Origin: an uncultured Spirochaetota bacterium | GTDB lineage: Bacteria; Spirochaetota; Brevinematia; Brevinematales; JAOACQ01 | DNA: 64,000 nucleotides | Assembly: GCA_963835575.1 (NCBI GenBank) | Contig: CAWIGG010000002.1 | Span: forward strand, 1,184,001-1,248,000 | Reading direction: 5' to 3' | Shown here: piece by piece, positions 30,858-40,124 of the stretch | How the letters are laid out: the number at the start of each line of letters is the position of its first letter | How positions within the stretch are numbered: position 1 is the stretch's first letter | Translations under genes and position numbers: made by a program | The notes under the pieces: model-generated | What the model saw: only the letters and a program-made list of their open reading frames with translations | Databases searched by the model: none | What the model was told of the DNA's origin: nothing

Positions 30858-32387
30858 TTATTCCCGGGCAATCGCTTCTAAGGGCGTAATATGCCTGGCT
30901 ACAAAAATAGGATATAGCACGGCAAATAAAGTAACAATTAACAATAGAAAGATGCAGAAAATAATATCGCCCGAATGCAGGATGGGTTTGAATATATCAC
31001 CTCCGAACAAAAGCTGAAGCGCTTCATTTGTACCGCCGCTGATCTTTAAAGTGTAGAGAATTTGAGAAGTTATACCAGCCGCCAGAATCCCAAAACCTCC
31101 GAAGACGGCGGATAAGAGGAATGTTTCACCCACAAACATTCCTGATATAAAATTCCTGTCGGCTCCGACAGCGCGCATCATCCCTATTTCAGTTGTTCTC
31201 TCAAGGGCCGCCATTGAAAGCGTATTCGTTATGATGATGACAGCCACAAAAAAGAGCAGAACCACAAAAACTATCAATATTATTTTCATAATCGTAGCGG
31301 TATCGCCGATTGTACCCGCCGCTTTCTTCCATGTAATAGCTTTAACGCTTAACTGGTTATTGCTGATAACCTTATTTAATTCAATTAAATTCTTTTCAAT
31401 CTTTTTACCGTCTTTCAGTTTAATAAAGACTATATTATAAATACCCAAGTCTTCATCCATTTTGACCAGGGCTTTCTTTTCTGTCCTTTTTAAACTGCCC
31501 AGCCTGTATACTTGTTTACCAGTTTCAACTCCTTTAACAACGGTTTGTTCGCCGAATAGTTTATCAAGGTTCTCGTCTTCACTTAATATAGCCTTCTTTT
31601 CCTGGGAGATATTAACAGCGGTATCCTCTGTAGTAACATATCCAAAACATTCGCGGAATGAATCCAGGTCAAGAAGGTTGTATGATTCCCAGAAATTATT
31701 GAGATATTTGTATTTAAAAACGCCTCTGACAGGCGTCCTGATATCCATCTGATTTCCATCGGCGCTCATACCCATTAGAACAACATTGGACTGAATATTC
31801 AAACCGTCCCTGTTTGACATGGCGTCCGGAGATAAATGTGTCTCTATGAACGGGCTGTCTGCCGGCGTCAGCCAGATACCCATATCCCTGTACATATTTT
31901 TTCTTGAGCCGGTAGAGACTAGCGATCCTCTTTCGGCTACGGATAACGTTCTGCCTTCCTCTACGACTATATTTGTCAGAAAAAACTTCTGGTATTTATC
32001 AAAATCCACGCCGAGTAAAAATGTAAAACCCATATCCCCGGATTCATTAAGCACCATCGATACTCCCCGGCAGACAGGAAGGAAACTGTTAATATAATCC
32101 TGTTTTTGAAGAATCATTTTGACGTTAGTATATCCACTCAGTACTTCAGTAGCCGTCAGCATTCCACCGGCAATAACTGCTTCATCCTTCTGGTTGGTTG
32201 AAATAAGTACAATATCGCCGGTAAACCGCTCTACAATATTTTTCTGCATTCCTTCGTCCATTCCGGAGATCACAGCGCTGCCTAACGTCATGAGAAAAGC
32301 GCCTAGAAAAAGGATTATACCTATAATGAAGCTCTTACCTTTATGGCGGAGAATATTTCGCCATGCTATTTTAAAAATGAGGCTCAT
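30858..32387 (-). CDS. MacB/FtsX-type ABC permease
   Basis: IAWRNILRHKGKS, ERTTEIGMMRAVGA and YP..A..ITPLEAI. Confidence 0.9.
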   Translation of the reverse strand: MSLIFKIAWRNILRHKGKSFIIGIILFLGAFLMTLGSAVISGMDEGMQKNIVERFTGDIVLISTNQKDEAVIAGGMLTATEVLSGYTNVKMILQKQDYINSFLPVCRGVSMVLNESGDMGFTFLLGVDFDKYQKFFLTNIVVEEGRTLSVAERGSLVSTGSRKNMYRDMGIWLTPADSPFIETHLSPDAMSNRDGLNIQSNVVLMGMSADGNQMDIRTPVRGVFKYKYLNNFWESYNLLDLDSFRECFGYVTTEDTAVNISQEKKAILSEDENLDKLFGEQTVVKGVETGKQVYRLGSLKRTEKKALVKMDEDLGIYNIVFIKLKDGKKIEKNLIELNKVISNNQLSVKAITWKKAAGTIGDTATIMKIILIVFVVLLFFVAVIIITNTLSMAALERTTEIGMMRAVGADRNFISGMFVGETFLLSAVFGGFGILAAGITSQILYTLKISGGTNEALQLLFGGDIFKPILHSGDIIFCIFLLLIVTLFAVLYPIFVARHITPLEAIARE

Positions 32388-32396
32388 ATTTCCCCC

Positions 32397-33089
32397 CTAA
32401 TGGTTCAGATTTTCTATGGAAACAATTTGACCGTCCTTAATTTTAACAACATCTTTTGCGTATTGAAGAACATCCGGATCATGTGTTGAAAAAATAAAAG
32501 TAGTTTTTTCAATTTGATTCAGCTCTTTCATAAGCTCAAGAATTGTTGCCCCGGTTTCGGAATCAAGGTTTGCAGTCGGTTCATCGGCAAGAATGATATC
32601 AGGATTTGTTACAAGAGCCCTGGCTATGGCCACTCTCTGCCTCTGACCTCCTGATAATTCAGCAGGCCTGTGCTTGACATAATCTTTTAAACCGACTTCC
32701 TCAATGAGTTTTTCCGTTCTTTTCCGGATCTCATCTTTTGAGAATTTTTTCATAAGAAGAAGCGGAAACTCAACATTTTCCTGTACATCAAGAACAGGAA
32801 TCAGGTTAAAAGTCTGAAAAATAAAACCGATCTTATAGAGACGCAAATCGGTCAATTGCTTATCCGTCATAGATGTAATTTCCTGACCATGGATTTTAAT
32901 ACTCCCTGTTGAAGCATTATCAATACACCCGATTAAATTAAGAAGGGTTGTTTTGCCGCTTCCTGAAGGACCGACTATTGAAAGGAAGTCCCCTTCTTCA
33001 ATAGTAAGATCCACGCCTCTTACCGCGTGAACTGTTGTATTACCCAGAGGATAATCTTTTTTAACACCTTTTAATTCAATAATATTCAT
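32397..33089 (-). CDS. ABC transporter ATP-binding protein (LolD/MacB-like)
   Basis: GPSGSGKTT, LSGGQRQRVAIARAL, ADEPTANLD and STHD. Confidence 0.95.
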   Translation of the reverse strand: MNIIELKGVKKDYPLGNTTVHAVRGVDLTIEEGDFLSIVGPSGSGKTTLLNLIGCIDNASTGSIKIHGQEITSMTDKQLTDLRLYKIGFIFQTFNLIPVLDVQENVEFPLLLMKKFSKDEIRKRTEKLIEEVGLKDYVKHRPAELSGGQRQRVAIARALVTNPDIILADEPTANLDSETGATILELMKELNQIEKTTFIFSTHDPDVLQYAKDVVKIKDGQIVSIENLNH

Positions 33090-33481
33090 GGCGCCTCCCT
33101 TTCTATACTATTATTGAGATAATTTTTCGGATATCATAAATCTAAATTAAAAATATTACAAATTCATAAAATTACATTTTATATGTTAGCAATATTTATA
33201 CCACTATAATTTACTCTTAATATTATACCATTTAATTGAATGAACTCATCATTTCCGTTCTTTTTAATCAAAAATGATATATCAGATGTGATAAATTATC
33301 ATAATTTTACTATTATTAATTTTAAATATATTATTATTTGACGATAACGGCAAGAAAATATTGCATTTTATAAAAGTTAAATGTTTTAAGTTTATAAACA
33401 AACTGAATTCATAATCGCCCAAATCAAATATAGAAAATATTAACCGATTTGATATCGTTATGTAATATATCGTATTGATAT

Positions 33482-33510
33482 ATTTTATAATGATATAATT
33501 TTTTTGTCAA
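33482..33510 (-). promoter_or_regulatory. Sigma-70-type promoter facing the ABC operon
   Basis: TTGACA-17 nt-TAAAAT, about 390 nt upstream of the ATPase ATG. The region is very AT-rich. Confidence 0.5.
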
Positions 33511-33625
33511 GAAATATTTTAGTTTTTTAATTAATCAAATTCCTTAATTGCAGGCATAAATATCTTGAAGCAAACGTTTTTTTAATCAAAACTTCTAAAA
33601 AATAAAAACTCCGCTCAGATTATCA

Positions 33626-35021
33626 GAGTTATAATAGAAAGTTGTGTATAGGAATAAATATTATAAAAAAGATGGCGTACCCTCTATAATTTATTTACGA
33701 CAATAAACAAAAGGAGGAATACGCCATATGCCGAAGCACAACGAAGATTTTAAGCTCTTAGAGGCTTTTAATCAAGATGAAACAGTAGAATTTTTATGTC
33801 TTGAAGAATTGGCAAGGATCGGGGCCAGGGAAATAATCAAGAAGGCTCTGGAAGATGAAATTAATGGGTTTCTTCAGGAGAGAGAGCATTTAACTATCGA
33901 AGACGGGAGAAAGGCAATAGTAAGAAATGGGTATCATAAAGCCCGTCAGATTCTCATTGGTGGAGGGGCTATTGATGTATGTATTCCGAGAACAAGGAAC
34001 CGACTCGGAGGCGACAATTTTCAAAGCCTAATAGTACCGCCGTATATGAGAAAAAGCCTGAGAATTGAGGAAGCCATTCCATTGTTGTATCTCTATGGAG
34101 TCTCAGAGATGGATATGGAGAATGCCTTGAGAGGATTGCTTGGTGAAGAAGCGAAAGGATTATCAGCCTCAAGTATAAGCAGAATGAAACAAGGATGGGG
34201 TAAAGAATATGATGAGTGGCGGACATCCGATTTAAGCGATAAAAAGTATTGCTATATATGGGTTGACGGCATTTACTTCAATGTACAGGGCAGCGAAGAC
34301 CGTTTATGCACTCTTGTAATGATCGGAGCCAATGAGAATGGTGAAAAGGAGATTATTCTTGTTGAAGAAGGTTACAGAGAGAATTCCGAGACTTGGTTAG
34401 GGATATTAAGAAACCTAAAAGAAAAAGGTTTGAAAGGTCCTATTCTTTTTATCGGAGACGGAAGCCTTGGATTCTGGAAAGCAGCCAAAGAAGTATATCC
34501 TGAATCCAGATGGCAGAGATGCTGGGTTCATAAGATAAAGAACATTCTAAACAAGCTGCCCAAAGTATTACAGTCAAAGGCAAAAGAGATGCTTCATGAG
34601 ATATGCAATGCTCCTGATAAGGATAATGCTATCAAAGCTTTTGAATTATTCCAGGCGGTTTTTAATCCTAAATATCCAGCAGCTGTCGAATGTTTAGAAA
34701 AGGATTGGGAGCTTATGATCGAATTTTATAACTGTCCGGCGGAACATTGGGTACATATCCGTACGACAAACGTAATAGAATCTACCTTCTCTACAGTTCG
34801 ATTAAGAACTAAAAAGATGAGAGGCTGCGGAACCAGGGAAACGATTCTAATAATGGTCTATAAATTACTGGATAAGGCATCCAGGCGATGGAGAAAATTA
34901 AGAGGTTATGAAAAGATTAGCCTTGTATTGGAAGGCGCTGTTTTTGAGAACGGAGAGCTTGTAAAAAAGGCAGCATAAAAAAATGAGAGGGTATGTCATA
35001 CACAACATTTGACAAAAACTC
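33626..35021 (+). mobile_element. IS256 family element, complete
   Basis: Imperfect TIRs GAGTT...GTTGTGTAT. 8-bp TSD GATTATCA at 33618-33625 and 35022-35029. Confidence 0.93.
33728..34978 (+). CDS. IS256 family transposase
   Basis: RNGY, WVDG, GDG, QRCWVHK and IRTTNVIES. Confidence 0.95.
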   Translation: MPKHNEDFKLLEAFNQDETVEFLCLEELARIGAREIIKKALEDEINGFLQEREHLTIEDGRKAIVRNGYHKARQILIGGGAIDVCIPRTRNRLGGDNFQSLIVPPYMRKSLRIEEAIPLLYLYGVSEMDMENALRGLLGEEAKGLSASSISRMKQGWGKEYDEWRTSDLSDKKYCYIWVDGIYFNVQGSEDRLCTLVMIGANENGEKEIILVEEGYRENSETWLGILRNLKEKGLKGPILFIGDGSLGFWKAAKEVYPESRWQRCWVHKIKNILNKLPKVLQSKAKEMLHEICNAPDKDNAIKAFELFQAVFNPKYPAAVECLEKDWELMIEFYNCPAEHWVHIRTTNVIESTFSTVRLRTKKMRGCGTRETILIMVYKLLDKASRRWRKLRGYEKISLVLEGAVFENGELVKKAA

Positions 35022-35087
35022 GATTATCAATATTTGTTTGTTAATGATAAAATAATTCAAATTATCTCAATTTATTATATAATATTA

Positions 35088-36345
35088 CATTGCTGTCCAA
35101 ATTAGGAAAAATTCAAACACAATTGAGAGTCTTGTGATATCGAAGCTTTCTGGTGAAAAGGAGCATTTAACCAATCCCACAAGTCCCTTCTGGCAAAAAG
35201 GTTGGTCGGAAGCACAGAACAAAGGGTGTAAATCCTCGATTTAAATTTTAAATAACTTAAAAGCAGATAAGCGATCAGAGCCACCCATAATTGGGACAGC
35301 AGAGCGTTTTTTGAAGTGCCGATAAAGCTCTTAACTTTCAATTGCTGTTTAAGAGTCTTGAAAAATAATTCAATCTGCCATCTTTCCTTGTATATTTTCG
35401 CGATGGTTAAGGGAGACCAATCAAAGTTATTGGTCAACAGAACAACCGTCTTTCCGGTTTCAGGATCGATTGCCCTGATCCTTCGGAGCTTACCGGGATA
35501 TTTTTTCACGGAAGTCAGCCCGGTCCATTTGATAATCTGATCGGATGTGATCGTCGTTTGTCTTGTAACGTCATTCCGTTCCAAAACTCTATATTGATAG
35601 TTGCATTTCAATCGGGTGACAAATGTAATTCCTGTATTATCAAGGGATTGAAACCATTCAAAACGGTTATAACCTTTGTCGAAAACAACTACATCGCCCC
35701 TTTCAAGAGGTATCAATGGAGCAATATTTTGTTCATGAATACTGCCTTCTGTAACTATAGCAAAAGCGGGTAGATAACCGGAATGATTGAGCTTCACATG
35801 AAGCTTGACCGCTCCTTTTGTTTTACGGAAAGTCGCCCAATCATAAAGAGACAGACATAAATCAATGGTCGTGGCGTCCAGACTGTAGAGAGGATTCTTG
35901 AAACGGAATTTATGCCGGGGCGCCGCTTCTTCACATTTGGACAGCATACGGTAAAAAATGTTCTCAAAAAGTGATTGAGTCCGATGTTCGTTAGCATATG
36001 CCAGAGTGGAACGGTGAATCGGCCTGATTCCAAGATGATAAAGCGTTGAAGCTTGCGTCGCCAATCCCGCTTCAATCCCCCTTAAACTATCCTGGCCGGC
36101 CAATTGACCAAAAAGCATAGCTGTAAAATGATTCCAGGAACTGAAACCGCGGGAATGATATTCGGCTCCAGTCTCAATAACAGCTTTCTGAAATTCAAAT
36201 CTCGGAAACATTTGCATTATCTGCCCCATTATTGTATGATTATTCATAAGCCTAACCTCCTTGATATGTAATGATTTAGGTCTGCTAACCCTTATCATTA
36301 TAAGGCAAGGTTAGGCTTTTTCAATTTCTAATTTGGACACGTGTG
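35088..36345 (-). mobile_element. IS4 family element, complete
   Basis: TIRs CATTGCTGTCCAAATTAG / CACACGTGTCCAAATTAG. 9-bp TSD ATAATATTA at 35079-35087 and 36346-36354. Confidence 0.93.
35102..36247 (-). CDS. IS4 family transposase (likely start ATG 36247)
   Basis: MLFGQL..DSLR, LDATTI, FDKGY and YKERWQIELFFK (YREK motif). AAGGAGG RBS. Confidence 0.93.
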   Translation of the reverse strand: MNNHTIMGQIMQMFPRFEFQKAVIETGAEYHSRGFSSWNHFTAMLFGQLAGQDSLRGIEAGLATQASTLYHLGIRPIHRSTLAYANEHRTQSLFENIFYRMLSKCEEAAPRHKFRFKNPLYSLDATTIDLCLSLYDWATFRKTKGAVKLHVKLNHSGYLPAFAIVTEGSIHEQNIAPLIPLERGDVVVFDKGYNRFEWFQSLDNTGITFVTRLKCNYQYRVLERNDVTRQTTITSDQIIKWTGLTSVKKYPGKLRRIRAIDPETGKTVVLLTNNFDWSPLTIAKIYKERWQIELFFKTLKQQLKVKSFIGTSKNALLSQLWVALIAYLLLSYLKFKSRIYTLCSVLPTNLFARRDLWDWLNAPFHQKASISQDSQLCLNFS

Positions 36346-36368
36346 ATAATATTAAAAAGGAATTCTTT

Positions 36369-37238
36369 ATGTATTTAGAAAAAGAGGCAATTGAATATTT
36401 TAGAAAATACGATTTCTTAAAAAACATATTACTTAAGATAACTTCTCATGATTTTGGAGAAATACCTTCGCGCCGGATCGGCAGAAATATGGAATTTGAA
36501 CAATACAGGGAATATATCCCCGGTGATGAAGTCCGTGATATAGATTGGAAAGTATATGCCAGAAGCGGTAAAGCCTTTATTAAAAATTACGGAAGCGACG
36601 CCAGCTTCAAGATCCGGATTATACTGGATAACAGCCTTTCAATGAATTATCCCGGCGGCCCTGATTCAAAATTAGAAACAGCCAAAAAAATTATCGCAGT
36701 ATTAACATATCTTCTCATCAATGCTAAAAACAATATTTTCTTATCTGTTTTAAATGAAACTTATACTGATCTGGGCAGGATAAGCCTAAATTATCTGGAA
36801 GATATTTTGCGCCAGGTAAATCCGGCAAATAAAACAGATATAGCCGGAATCAAAATGCCGCCATCTAAAGAAATATGTTATATTATCAGTGACGGTTGGT
36901 GGGATATTAACAACAAACCCGATGAATCGGTTCATTTTCTTATTAATAACAAGATAAATTTTTTACATATTTTATCTCAGGAAGAGATCTCATTGAATTT
37001 CAGCGGCAATTTTGAGCTTACAGACAGTGAGACTTCAGCGAAAACCGATATCATTGTCTCTGAAATAAGATCAGAATATATAAAAAAAATAGAGGAAAGA
37101 ATCCGTACATACAGAACCGCATTTTTAAAAAACGGACTTCTATACGATATATTTCCGCTTCATATTCCTTATTATGTTAATTTAAAAAACTGCCTTGATA
37201 GATCTATTTTTATGACAAATAAAAGGCAGGTATTATAA
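36369..37238 (+). CDS. DUF58 family (MoxR-associated vWA) protein (likely start ATG 36369)
   Basis: EFEQYREYIPGDEVRDIDWKVYAR and MIDAS-like DNSLSM. Confidence 0.88.
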   Translation: MYLEKEAIEYFRKYDFLKNILLKITSHDFGEIPSRRIGRNMEFEQYREYIPGDEVRDIDWKVYARSGKAFIKNYGSDASFKIRIILDNSLSMNYPGGPDSKLETAKKIIAVLTYLLINAKNNIFLSVLNETYTDLGRISLNYLEDILRQVNPANKTDIAGIKMPPSKEICYIISDGWWDINNKPDESVHFLINNKINFLHILSQEEISLNFSGNFELTDSETSAKTDIIVSEIRSEYIKKIEERIRTYRTAFLKNGLLYDIFPLHIPYYVNLKNCLDRSIFMTNKRQVL

Positions 37239-37240
37239 AA

Positions 37241-38923
37241 ATGAGTTTCCTCCATCTTTATTTTCTTTATTTTATTCCTCTTATACTTATCCCTCTTTTA
37301 AGCTTGCTTCTATTCCGTATGAACAGAAAGAAGATGGTGTTTCCGTCTCTGGAAATCATTCAGGGGATCATGAAAAAAAAACTTTCGCATAATAAGCTGA
37401 AAATACGCTTAAAACAATTAATACGTTTTATTATTATCGCCCTTGTTATTCTGGCTTTTGCCGGACCGGTTCCAGGATCTCATAACAATAATCAGGAATA
37501 TACCGTTATCATTGATAATACTCTCTCCATGAGCCTTTTTGAAATAGACAAAATACTTTCCGGCCTTAATGACAAATATACAATTAATAAAACGTATTTC
37601 GGGAAAGAACTTTATGATCCTGAAAAAAAACGCTGGGATTATCATTCTGAACAGACTATCGATATTTTATCATCCGTTCTGGCTAAAGAAAATATCAGAA
37701 AGGCTATTCTGATTACAGACGGTCAGAAAGCCAATTTTAAAAAAACAATCCAGGGCTATAATAAATTACAGGAATTAATCATTATTATTCTTAAAAAAGA
37801 AGAGTATCCGAGAAATATATATATTAAGGACTTTTCATATTTTCCTTTAAGCGCCATTTCAGGAAAAAAAACAGAATTCACTATAAATGTCGGCGGCGAC
37901 TGCAGGAAAAACGATAAGCTGACGCTTATAATTAATGATAAGATAATATTTTCCGGCACTGCTGAACCGAAACTGCGGTTTTCCCGCTTTTTGGAAAATA
38001 CTACAGTTCACCGAGGTTTAAATTGGGGAATTATCAGGTTAGAAGGCGATGATTTTACAAATGATAATTATTACTATTTCCCCATTTTAGCTATTCCAAA
38101 ACCTAGAATATATAATGATTTTGATTCCTCTATCATAACCAGGATCATGAACAGCATTTTTGATTCATATTATTTTACAAGAAATCCATTATCAGCAGAT
38201 ATCGTCTTTTCAAGTACTCTCAGCCGCTTATCGAAAGGAAAGATCAATATCGCTTTTTACGATAACAATGATGCCATAGAAAACGCTCTGCGTCCGCTTT
38301 TAATTTTCCCTGAATTTAAAAACAATCTGACAAAAGATAAAATCAATTCTTCTTTTCCGATTCTCGGCCTTTTGCAGAATGTATCCCTGAAAACCAGGTT
38401 CGTTTTAAAAAATGACAATCCATCGGCTAAGCTCTTAGCCGGTTCAGGGAATATTCCTCTTTTATATGAAATTGAGAACAAAGATATGTCATTTTATTTA
38501 TTCACTTTTTCAATAAAAGAAAATGAGGAAAAACTGAATAATTCTTCTTTTCTTCTTTTGACCGTTAACGAGGTCCTGATGCGGCATTATATAAAGCAGT
38601 TTATTATTGATAAAGAAGAAAAAACATCCGGTCTTTTTTATGATCAAAAAGGACGTATTGCTGATGTAAAAGAAGGCCCCGGCATTTATATGGAAAAAAC
38701 GACCGGCAAGTATATAGTTGAAAATATTCAGGATGAATCGGTTTTTGATTATTATACTGAAAAAGAGCTTTTTAAGATGATTGAACCTGGATTGAAAAAC
38801 AAAACACAGATATTGTCTTATTCTGATAAAACTGAGCAGGGTTCCTCTAACCCGCTTTTTTCATTATCATCGCTGATTATATTAATAGCGATTATACTGA
38901 TGCTAGTGGAAATATTTTTATAA
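37241..38923 (+). CDS. BatA-domain / vWA membrane protein
   Basis: N-terminal MSFLH..FPSL...R..II..AFAGP (BatA), IIDNTLSM, ITDGQ, DDFTNDN and a C-terminal TM. Confidence 0.78.
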   Translation: MSFLHLYFLYFIPLILIPLLSLLLFRMNRKKMVFPSLEIIQGIMKKKLSHNKLKIRLKQLIRFIIIALVILAFAGPVPGSHNNNQEYTVIIDNTLSMSLFEIDKILSGLNDKYTINKTYFGKELYDPEKKRWDYHSEQTIDILSSVLAKENIRKAILITDGQKANFKKTIQGYNKLQELIIIILKKEEYPRNIYIKDFSYFPLSAISGKKTEFTINVGGDCRKNDKLTLIINDKIIFSGTAEPKLRFSRFLENTTVHRGLNWGIIRLEGDDFTNDNYYYFPILAIPKPRIYNDFDSSIITRIMNSIFDSYYFTRNPLSADIVFSSTLSRLSKGKINIAFYDNNDAIENALRPLLIFPEFKNNLTKDKINSSFPILGLLQNVSLKTRFVLKNDNPSAKLLAGSGNIPLLYEIENKDMSFYLFTFSIKENEEKLNNSSFLLLTVNEVLMRHYIKQFIIDKEEKTSGLFYDQKGRIADVKEGPGIYMEKTTGKYIVENIQDESVFDYYTEKELFKMIEPGLKNKTQILSYSDKTEQGSSNPLFSLSSLIILIAIILMLVEIFL

Positions 38924-39122
38924 TTAAATTATTTTTATCTAACAGTTCTATTTAAACCTTTTATTAAAAGCGGATTGGTCAAGCCAGGCGGGTTTCGGTT
39001 TCTCTACGGTCCTGGCTGATAAAAATGAGATATTTGTCATATCAGATTCTGAATGGGGAAAAATAAGCAGATAAATACAATATCCGCTATATAAAAAAGG
39101 GATTATAAAAAGCCCTTTTTTA

Positions 39123-39599
39123 TTACTCAACGTTTTCCATTTCTTTATCGCTTTTAGCGATGATGGTTTCATCACTCTTTTCATAATTAGGTTCCGCTGT
39201 ACCAAGCTGCTTATCCAGTTCAGCGTCTGATGGAACATTGGATAGCTGTTCTTCTTTATTAAGTTCAGCTTCCTTCGGCACATTGTTTCCCTTATTTGCT
39301 TTTATTGCCAGTATGGCCAGCAATCTCGCCCGCCTGGAATGAAAAACAGCCCTTAAGAACTCTCTTTTATTGAATAGGAGTTTTGAATATTTTTGATGAG
39401 CTGCGGCTTTTGCCAGATCCCCAGTATAAATTTTTCCTTCTTTGACCGCGTTTTTAGCTGCAATTAAAACAATACTTGTTCTGACAAGGAATCTCCTCGA
39501 CGCCATTTTTGTCATAATAATGTTTCTTGAAAAAAGCATAGGAGTGGATAGAATTAATAATGCCAGGGATAATAAAAAGATCCTCTTGGTTAATTTCAT
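39123..39599 (-). CDS. Hypothetical secreted helical protein (likely start ATG 39599)
   Basis: AAGGAGG RBS, signal peptide and its own promoter. Confidence 0.75.
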   Translation of the reverse strand: MKLTKRIFLLSLALLILSTPMLFSRNIIMTKMASRRFLVRTSIVLIAAKNAVKEGKIYTGDLAKAAAHQKYSKLLFNKREFLRAVFHSRRARLLAILAIKANKGNNVPKEAELNKEEQLSNVPSDAELDKQLGTAEPNYEKSDETIIAKSDKEMENVE

Positions 39600-39629
39600 A
39601 TAACCTCCTTTATTCAGCATAATAAAAGA

Positions 39630-39658
39630 ATTATAAGAAAATACCGGCAAATCGTCAA
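39630..39658 (-). promoter_or_regulatory. Sigma-70-type promoter
   Basis: TTGACG-17 nt-TATAAT. Confidence 0.7.
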
Positions 39659-39726
39659 GACTAATTTCAGAAATAAAGAATATTACTTTTTTCTTATTGA
39701 ACGTATTGATATACGGATAGGATAAT

Positions 39727-39798
39727 TACCCCCTGAGGGAATCGAACCCTCGCTGCAGGGTTGAAAACCCTGTGTCCTAACCACTAGACGAAGGGGGC
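39727..39798 (-). tRNA. tRNA-Glu (anticodon TTC), CCA not encoded
   Basis: GCCCCCTTCGTCTAGTGGTTAGGACACAGGGTTTTCAACCCTGCAGCGAGGGTTCGATTCCCTCAGGGGGTA. Cloverleaf with GGTTCGATTCC T-arm. Confidence 0.97.
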
Positions 39799-39826
39799 AA
39801 ACAATGTTGCCCTTGAAAGGGAAAAT

Positions 39827-39855
39827 ATTATACTATGAACCTGTGTTCCTGTCAA
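39827..39855 (-). promoter_or_regulatory. Consensus sigma-70 promoter of tRNA-Glu
   Basis: TTGACA-17 nt-TATAAT, a perfect consensus. Confidence 0.85.
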
Positions 39856-40022
39856 AAAACAGGACAATTGAAATTATTTTGAAAAAAATTTGAAGCGATT
39901 TTATTATTTATTGAAAATATTCTTTTTGATATCCGGCATAACCCACAAGAGCCGGACAATTTCCGTAATCGGGAAAGATTCTTTTTCTCTTCAATAAATA
40001 TTTCTAAAAAAAATATTCTTCT

Positions 40023-40051
40023 TTGACAAATTATTCTTATTTTAATATTAT
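40023..40051 (+). promoter_or_regulatory. Sigma-70-type promoter of the aldehyde dehydrogenase gene
   Basis: TTGACA-17 nt-TATTAT. Confidence 0.65.
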
Positions 40052-40124
40052 TATAGCTGTATTGTTTCAGATTTTAAACTTTAAATGGATCCAATTAAGC
40101 TAAATAATTAAAAGGAGTCATGAT

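Noticed and set aside
38948..39283. 111-aa minus-strand ORF
   Set aside because: It overlaps the 3' end of the secreted-protein gene in another frame and runs through its terminator-like hairpin, with no RBS or motif.
39727..39798. tRNA-Glu as an integration site for an island or prophage
   Set aside because: No duplicated tRNA 3' end or adjacent integrase was seen.
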